A stretch of 58,743 nucleotides of DNA from an uncultured Gammaproteobacteria bacterium (GTDB lineage Bacteria > Patescibacteriota > Microgenomatia > Levybacterales > UBA12049), in contig CAZYIC010000001.1 in the NCBI GenBank assembly GCA_964646925.1, positions 1 to 58,743 on the forward strand. Reading direction: 5' to 3'. The position numbers and the translations under genes are program-made. Under the pieces are notes generated by a model. That model worked only from the letters and a program-made list of their open reading frames with translations. It ran no database searches and was not told the DNA's origin. Shown here piece after piece: positions 52,859-58,743 of the stretch (its first letter is position 1; the number at the start of each line of letters is the position of its first letter).

Positions 52859-53857
52859 CTTTCTTAATTCCTCATCGATAAATTCATCCAGATCTCCATC
52901 CAGAACTGCATCCGTATTGCCCGTTTCAAAATTGGTTCGCAAATCTTTTACCATATGATAGGGGTGTAAAACATAAGAACGTATCTGATTTCCCCAACCC
53001 GGAGTTTTGTATCCCCCTTTTAACTTCTTTTCTTCTTTTTTTCGTTCTTCTTCTGTAAGAACCCACAATTTTGCGCGTAAAATTTTTAATGCATATTCCC
53101 GGTTTTGAGCCTGGAATCTTTCTGTTTGAGCAGTAACAATTATTCCTGTTGGCTTATGCTTTAATCTTACTGCGGTTGAGACTTTATTGACATTCTGTCC
53201 ACCATGTCCTCCGGCTCTAAAAAAATCCCATTCCAAATCATCCTCTTTAATTACTGTCTCCTCATTATTGCCAACATCAGGCAAAACCTCTACCAATGCA
53301 AAAGATGTTTGGCGCAGATTGTCAGCGTTATATGGAGAAAGTCTAACCAGCCTATGCACGCCAGCTTCGCCTTTTAGATAACCATAAGCATATTTGCCAT
53401 TAACTGTTAACGTAATGCTTTTATATCCCGCTTCTTCTCCGTAAGTCTCATCAATTATCTCGAACCTAAATCCTTTTCTCTCGCAATACCTCGTATACAT
53501 TCTAAAAAGCATTTCCGCCCAATCCATCGCCTCTACTCCGCCTTGACCTGCATGAATAGATAAGATTGCGGAATTTTTGTCATACACTCTTCCCAAATAA
53601 AGAAAGATCTCAAGCTCTTCCAATAAATTTTTTGCATCTTCAAGCTTATTATTAGCTATTAAATCATTAAGCGCCTCAGCTTTTGCAATTTCCGCTTGGA
53701 GATCAGACATCTCCTTCATTCTTGAAGCAGCTTTCTTATGATCCTGCCAAAAATTCGGCTTCATACTTTCTGCCTCAATTAACCTTATTTCTTGCCTTTT
53801 TTTATCAAGATCAAACTTTTCCAATAATTTATTAACTCTTTCTTTTATCTCATCCAT
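52853..53857 (-). CDS. prfB: Peptide chain release factor 2, with no programmed frameshift site
   Basis: GGQ motif ([12 protein letters not shown]). RF2-type region [20 protein letters not shown], with SPY where SPF is usual. Uninterrupted from MDEIKERV. Confidence 0.9.
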   Translation of the reverse strand: MDEIKERVNKLLEKFDLDKKRQEIRLIEAESMKPNFWQDHKKAASRMKEMSDLQAEIAKAEALNDLIANNKLEDAKNLLEELEIFLYLGRVYDKNSAILSIHAGQGGVEAMDWAEMLFRMYTRYCERKGFRFEIIDETYGEEAGYKSITLTVNGKYAYGYLKGEAGVHRLVRLSPYNADNLRQTSFALVEVLPDVGNNEETVIKEDDLEWDFFRAGGHGGQNVNKVSTAVRLKHKPTGIIVTAQTERFQAQNREYALKILRAKLWVLTEEERKKEEKKLKGGYKTPGWGNQIRSYVLHPYHMVKDLRTNFETGNTDAVLDGDLDEFIDEELRKL

Positions 53858-53869
53858 ATATTTAAATAT

Positions 53870-54247
53870 TTATAAACCGCAAATTTTTTTACAGATTTCC
53901 TTTGCTTGACTTGCAGGATATTGTTCCAAAGATTTAATATCATTGATTATTTTTTGGACTTGGGGAGAAGAAGAAGCTATTTCCGCAATGTTTAAGCCAA
54001 AAACTTCTTGTTTTAAATCGTCCAACTTATCTTTTATAGTTTCTTGTATATTCGCGCCCGCATCCTCTTTGCTGTTATTGCTTTTATCCTCAAGACTTAC
54101 TCCCTTAACTGATTTCACTTCTTTGGGAGACAGATTTGCGTCAAAAAAGCGTGTTTTATAAAAATATGCCCCCACTGCCAAAAGTGCTATTAGGAAAAAA
54201 ACGGTGAAAATTCTTATTTTATTCCACGATTCTTCATTTCTCTCCAT
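53870..54247 (-). CDS. Hypothetical membrane-anchored protein
   Basis: 125 aa. One TM segment and an acidic/Lys-rich tail. Confidence 0.4.
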   Translation of the reverse strand: MERNEESWNKIRIFTVFFLIALLAVGAYFYKTRFFDANLSPKEVKSVKGVSLEDKSNNSKEDAGANIQETIKDKLDDLKQEVFGLNIAEIASSSPQVQKIINDIKSLEQYPASQAKEICKKICGL

Positions 54248-54248
54248 A

Positions 54249-54257
54249 TGCTACAAT
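54249..54257 (+). promoter_or_regulatory. Extended -10 promoter (TGCTACAAT) 6 nt upstream of the MazG-like ATG; predicts a leaderless mRNA
   Basis: TGCTACAAT-ACTATC-ATG. Confidence 0.4.
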
Positions 54258-54263
54258 ACTATC

Positions 54264-54599
54264 ATGAACTTAAAGTCGCTTCAAGAAAAAATAAAATTAT
54301 TAAATGAAAAAACAAGACCTCAGTACAAGCTTTATTCGCCAATCGAAAAAGAAATCCTGACAAAAACTGTAAAATTAAACGAGGAGGTTGGTGAACTCTG
54401 TAATGATATTTTGTCGATTCTTAAATTACAAAGAAAATCCAAACTTCTCAAATTCGACAAAAGAGACATGTATGGAGAATTCGCAGATGTTATTATAACT
54501 GCAATGCAGCTGGCAATCGCAGCAGGAGTAGACGTAGAACGAGCTGTTGGAGATAAATTGAAAAAAATTGAAGAAAGATATATGAAAGAAAAACATTAA
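54264..54599 (+). CDS. MazG-like nucleotide pyrophosphohydrolase (small all-alpha NTP-PPase)
   Basis: KLNEEVGELCNDI...EFADVIITAMQLA shows the EExxE...ExxD pattern. I placed the start at MNLKSLQEK. Confidence 0.65.
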   Translation: MNLKSLQEKIKLLNEKTRPQYKLYSPIEKEILTKTVKLNEEVGELCNDILSILKLQRKSKLLKFDKRDMYGEFADVIITAMQLAIAAGVDVERAVGDKLKKIEERYMKEKH

Positions 54600-54601
54600 A
54601 A

Positions 54602-54901
54602 GTGAGCCCTTTTGAAAAAGTATATCAAGTCGTATCTAAAATCCCCAAAGGAAAAGTCTCAACTTACAAAAAAGTTGCAGAAATTGCCGGAGTAGCAAAT
54701 GCGAGAGTCGTGGGATTTGCCATGCATGCAAATAAAGATATTATTAATGTCCCATGTCACCGTGTAGTTGGTATCAACGGCAAACTTACTGGATATGCAA
54801 GAGGAGGAATAGCAAAAAAAAGAGAAATGCTGGAAAAAGAAGGAATAAAATTTGATTCTAAAGACAAAATAAATCTCAAAAAATATCTCGTTAATCCTTA
54901 A
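54602..54901 (+). CDS. MGMT-family DNA-binding domain protein (O6-alkylguanine transferase-like)
   Basis: 99 aa. VPCHRVVG active-site motif. Confidence 0.85.
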   Translation: MSPFEKVYQVVSKIPKGKVSTYKKVAEIAGVANARVVGFAMHANKDIINVPCHRVVGINGKLTGYARGGIAKKREMLEKEGIKFDSKDKINLKKYLVNP

Positions 54902-55237
54902 TCATTTATCCTTAATCCTCACTTCTTCGATATCTTTATGGAGTTCTTTCTTTAGATCTTCTGCGGTCTTTTTTATTTTTTCTTCTATATTCTCTACCTT
55001 CCCTTCGAGAAACTCCCAGATTTTATCATGATCTTCGGATACGACATGCATTAAGAATGTTTTTTTGTCTCTATCGTTAAGTTCCGACAGAATCAAATCC
55101 AAAACTTCATGATGGATATTGGAATTTATAAGAGAAATCAAATGGATTCTTTCTTTAGGGGTTAAATCCATATTCCCCAATTCCAGAGAAAGAGTGGACG
55201 TATCTATAATATGGGTATAAAAGTACTTTTTTTTCAT
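54902..55237 (-). CDS. Hypothetical protein
   Basis: Start moved to MKKKYFYTH, which abuts the stop of the upstream gene. No recognisable domain. Confidence 0.35.
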   Translation of the reverse strand: MKKKYFYTHIIDTSTLSLELGNMDLTPKERIHLISLINSNIHHEVLDLILSELNDRDKKTFLMHVVSEDHDKIWEFLEGKVENIEEKIKKTAEDLKKELHKDIEEVRIKDK

Positions 55238-55238
55238 A

Positions 55239-56120
55239 CTACAATGGTACCACAGGCCCCAATTTAATTTTATCATCCGGATCATCAATAAAAAAATAAA
55301 GCACAGGTCCTTTTAAGAATCCGTCAACTCTTTCCAAATAATGCATGACCTCGGGAGATCCTCCCAGATGCTTTCCTGTCCACTCCGCAGGACCTGCATC
55401 TGCGATATCGGCAACAATAGCGCGTCCATTGTTGGGGTTTACAACAAGCATTTTTCGATATTTATAAAAGTCGCGGTATTCTTTAAAGCGCTTATGAAAA
55501 TCCTTTGACAGAAAAGTTTGGACCGCAATATAATATTTTTCCCTATCTTTATCCAACTGCGTAAGCGATTCCCTAGATGAAGCAAAGTATCTCCATGCGC
55601 CAAGTCCGGGAGCCATGCCTGACTGCCAAAAAGATTTTTTTTCGTCTTCTCCGCCAGCTGGCGGATCAAAATGCGTGCTTAAGACATCCCCCGGGAAACG
55701 CGCTAAATGCTGTTCCGCCCCGATAAGCCCGTAATTCCTGTTGAGTCTTTTTCCTTCAAGTTCGGGCGCAACCTTAAAACCAAAAGTTCTGGACAATATC
55801 TCGGAAATTTCGATCTCTTCTTGACTATTCAGCAATCTAACTTCATGGGGCAAAACATTGGCAAGATCCGAAATTAAAAATATTTTATTGTCAACTTTCT
55901 GAACCGAGAATTGTGCTGCCGCTATAGGTTTTGCAGGGGATGAGCTTGCGGTTTGTCCTGTCAAAAGCATTAATCCGCCCAGAGATCCTGCCACAAATTT
56001 TCTATAATTATTTGAAAACCAATCTAAAGATTCTTTATGCTTATTCCAAAGTTTTCTTTGTAGATCCTGATTTCTGGCTCTCCATCGATCGGATAAATGT
56101 TTGTAATGCGATTGAGTCAT
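55239..56120 (-). CDS. Hypothetical membrane-anchored extracytoplasmic protein
   Basis: 293 aa with one TM segment. The C-terminal NGRAIVADIADAGPAEWTGKHLGGSPEVM is faintly DPBB/RlpA-like. Confidence 0.4.
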   Translation of the reverse strand: MTQSHYKHLSDRWRARNQDLQRKLWNKHKESLDWFSNNYRKFVAGSLGGLMLLTGQTASSSPAKPIAAAQFSVQKVDNKIFLISDLANVLPHEVRLLNSQEEIEISEILSRTFGFKVAPELEGKRLNRNYGLIGAEQHLARFPGDVLSTHFDPPAGGEDEKKSFWQSGMAPGLGAWRYFASSRESLTQLDKDREKYYIAVQTFLSKDFHKRFKEYRDFYKYRKMLVVNPNNGRAIVADIADAGPAEWTGKHLGGSPEVMHYLERVDGFLKGPVLYFFIDDPDDKIKLGPVVPL

Positions 56121-56185
56121 GGACAGTTAATATAATTTCTATTTCTAGTATAGCAAATTACAAAATTACTCAAGTACTTGAAGAT

Positions 56186-58743
56186 TTAATTTGGGTAATG
56201 GCACTTCTTATATTTTTTACCTGACCTGCACCAGCAGGGATCATTTCTTCCAAGCTTCTTTTTGTCAATAGGTGAATTTTCTGATTTTTTACTTCTGCTT
56301 GAAGTTTCCGAAATCCCAACACTTTCTCCAGCTGCTTGTTGCACTACGTGTTGATGCTGCGGCATTGGTGCTTGCACCTGAATTCTGTAAATTCTGTGAA
56401 CTATCTCGTCATCGATTCCCTGAATTAATTGTTCAAACATTGTATACGCTTCATTTTTGTACTCAACTAATGGATCACGCTGTCCGTAACCTCGAAGACC
56501 AATTCCGCCTCTTAAATTTTCTACCGCATCCAAATGATCCATCCAAAGAGTGTCGATAACCGAGAGCATCACATATTTTTCAATTTGACTCATAATTTTT
56601 TCTCCCAATTGTTTCTTACGCTGGCTGTAAACATCATGAGCAATATCGGTTAAAACTTTTATTTTTGTATCTATTGACGGAGCAATTTCCAGCTGTTTAA
56701 CCAATTGTTTTTTTGAATTATCGTCAAAAGGAATTATTGCAGTAAAATCATCTATTATTTTCTCATCCATTGATTTACCAATATCTGTAATTTCGTTCGC
56801 ATGAGCATTAATTATTAGGCCAACCGATGCATCGATCTTTTCAAGTATTTCTTTTTCCAAAGACTGTTTACTCGTACTTTCAAGAACTATTCTTCTTCTT
56901 TTATAAATTATTTCTCTTTGCTTATTTAGCACATCATCATAATCAACCAAATGCTTTCTAATATCAAAATTAAATCCTTCAACTTTTGTTTGCGCTTGCT
57001 CGATTGCTTTGGAAACAATCATATGCTGCAAAGGAACGTCCTCGGGCATATTAAATCGCGTCATTACGCCCGATATTGTGCCTCCTCCGAAAAGCCTCAT
57101 TATTTCATCATCCAACGCAACAAAAAAACGGGAAGATCCCGGATCTCCCTGGCGGCCGGATCTTCCCCGCAGCTGATTATCTATTCTTCGGGATTCATGC
57201 CGCTCGGTTCCTATGACATGCAATCCTCCAAGCCTTATTACTTCTTTATGTTTTTTCTCCCATTCTTTCCATTCGGAAGTTCCCAGTTTTTCTTTTCCGT
57301 CTTTGTATTTAGGAGTCTCCCCGCCCAAAATTATATCAACACCCCGGCCGGCCATATTGGTTGCAACAGTTACGGAACCTTTAACGCCTGCTCCGGCAAT
57401 TATTCTTGCCTCCTGTTCATGATTTTTGGCATTTAAAATTTCATGTCTTATTCCGCGTCTTCTTAAAAGTTCCGATATCAACTCGTTCTTATCGATTGAC
57501 GTTGTTCCAATCAGCACTGGCTGTCCGGTCTTATATGCTTTTTCTATTTCCGAAGCAACAGCCGAAAATTTAGCTCTGCCGGATTTATAAACCAAATCCT
57601 GGTTATCTTGCCTTATCATCGGCCTATTGGTTGGAATTACAACAACTGAAAGATTATAGATTTTATGAAATTCTCTTGCTTCAGTCACTGCGGTTCCTGT
57701 CATTCCTGCTAATTTTTCGTACATTCTAAAATAATTTTGTAAAGATACTGTTGCCATGGTTTTGGATTCCCTTTGGATTGTCACCCGCTCTTTTGCCTCT
57801 ATTGCCTGATGCAAGCCTTCCGAAAGCCTTCTTCCTGTCATAAGCCGTCCTGTAAATTCATCAACCAAAATAACCTGATTGTCTTTAACAATATAATCTT
57901 TTTCTTTTTTAAATAAAGTTCGGGCTTTTAGCGCTGCTTCCAAATGATAAACAGTATTAAAATCTTTTTCATAAATATTGCTAATACCATAGAGTCTCTC
58001 AATTTTCCCAATCCCATGATCGGTTAAATGCGCTGTTCTTAATTTTTCATCAACCTTATAATCAATATCCGAATTCAATTTATCGACAAGAGCCGCATAT
58101 TCATAATATTTTTGCGTTGGAGATTCATCAGGAGCAGAAATTATATGAGGAGTCCGCGCTTCGTCAATAAGTACCGAATCAACCTCATCGACAACCGCAA
58201 AGTAATAACCCCCCTGCACTGTTTCTTCAATATCTTGAGCCATGTTATCTCTTAGATAGTCAAAACCGAATTCGGAATTTATTCCATAAGTAATATCTGC
58301 TTTATAAGCTTCTTTCCTGCTAATCGGCTTCAAATGAGACAGTCTAAAATCTTGCGCATCTTTATTCACAAAATTTGGATCAAAAAGAAAAGATGTATCG
58401 CTAATAATTGAAGATACTGTTACTCCAAGAAAATTAAATACAGGACCCATCCAACCTGCATCCCGGCGTGCCAAATAATCATTGACAGTTACCAAATGCA
58501 CGCCCCGGCCCGTAAGACTATGAAGATATAATGCGGGAATTGAAGAAAGAGTTTTTCCTTCTCCTGTTTTTTGTTCTGCAATTTTTCCGCTAAATAGAGT
58601 AATTGCCGCCATCATCTGAACATCATAATGACGCTGTCCTATAGATCTTCTGGATGCTTCCCGAAGCAATGCAAATGCTTCCGGCCGCAATAGATCCAGG
58701 GCTTCGCCCCCGGACATTCCTTCCTTAAACTCTTTTGTTTTTT
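56186..58743 (-). CDS. secA: Preprotein translocase ATPase SecA; 5' end runs off the window
   Basis: DEVDSVLIDEARTPHII, TNMAGRGVDI and the C-terminal zinc motif CWCRSGKKYKKCH. The frame stays open upstream of the track ATG (…KTKEFKEGMSGGEALD), so the true start lies beyond 58743. Confidence 0.96.
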   Translation of the reverse strand, partial: KTKEFKEGMSGGEALDLLRPEAFALLREASRRSIGQRHYDVQMMAAITLFSGKIAEQKTGEGKTLSSIPALYLHSLTGRGVHLVTVNDYLARRDAGWMGPVFNFLGVTVSSIISDTSFLFDPNFVNKDAQDFRLSHLKPISRKEAYKADITYGINSEFGFDYLRDNMAQDIEETVQGGYYFAVVDEVDSVLIDEARTPHIISAPDESPTQKYYEYAALVDKLNSDIDYKVDEKLRTAHLTDHGIGKIERLYGISNIYEKDFNTVYHLEAALKARTLFKKEKDYIVKDNQVILVDEFTGRLMTGRRLSEGLHQAIEAKERVTIQRESKTMATVSLQNYFRMYEKLAGMTGTAVTEAREFHKIYNLSVVVIPTNRPMIRQDNQDLVYKSGRAKFSAVASEIEKAYKTGQPVLIGTTSIDKNELISELLRRRGIRHEILNAKNHEQEARIIAGAGVKGSVTVATNMAGRGVDIILGGETPKYKDGKEKLGTSEWKEWEKKHKEVIRLGGLHVIGTERHESRRIDNQLRGRSGRQGDPGSSRFFVALDDEIMRLFGGGTISGVMTRFNMPEDVPLQHMIVSKAIEQAQTKVEGFNFDIRKHLVDYDDVLNKQREIIYKRRRIVLESTSKQSLEKEILEKIDASVGLIINAHANEITDIGKSMDEKIIDDFTAIIPFDDNSKKQLVKQLEIAPSIDTKIKVLTDIAHDVYSQRKKQLGEKIMSQIEKYVMLSVIDTLWMDHLDAVENLRGGIGLRGYGQRDPLVEYKNEAYTMFEQLIQGIDDEIVHRIYRIQVQAPMPQHQHVVQQAAGESVGISETSSRSKKSENSPIDKKKLGRNDPCWCRSGKKYKKCHYPN

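Overview
AT-rich (about one-third G+C by eye), very gene-dense 58.7-kb chromosomal window using the standard genetic code: TGA, TAG and TAA each end conserved proteins at the expected length, and RF2 is encoded. I support about 66 CDS, 3 disrupted genes and 2 tRNAs (Glu-CUC, Gln-CUG). There is no rRNA and no CRISPR array. The gene content is short housekeeping genes, an archaeal-type AspRS, DUF5679/DUF3048/DUF4446 proteins and many GT-C glycosyltransferases. By inference this fits a small-genome uncultivated bacterium of the CPR/Patescibacteria type. Main blocks are: (i) 1-4355, a lipid-linked glycosylation module; (ii) 4378-6335, a tRNA-Glu-adjacent islet with TspO, a GC-rich structured segment and a KilA-N gene; (iii) 6495-33182, housekeeping genes (lon, corA, obg, DEAD helicase, gltX, aspS, recJ, cca, metK, secDF); (iv) 33480-43957, a long minus-strand glycan cluster with a second GT39 + GT2-GtrA pair and the UDP-xylose, GDP-D-rhamnose and dTDP-6-deoxyhexose pathways; (v) 44073-50634, t6A genes (TsaC-TsaB fusion, TsaE) and FtsEX with an M23 peptidase; (vi) 50712-52858, two paralogous genes that each carry one in-frame stop and flank an IS200-like/RAYT tyrosine transposase with repeat-rich flanks; (vii) prfB to secA. 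Five things are not explained by ordinary annotation. First, a ~340-nt GC-rich, heavily self-complementary segment (5135-5473) that I cannot assign to any RNA family. Second, at least two families of GC-rich palindromic REPIN/MITE-like elements; these sit in frame inside recJ, supply stop codons and one start codon to neighbouring genes, and show base-pair covariation between copies. Third, the RAYT locus. Fourth, a frameshifted zinc-ribbon mini-gene followed by a 20-bp tandem palindrome. Fifth, a recurrent TATAAT-N6-ATG geometry that implies leaderless mRNAs. I found no recognisable defence or toxin system. Every family assignment comes from motif recognition by eye, not from a database search.
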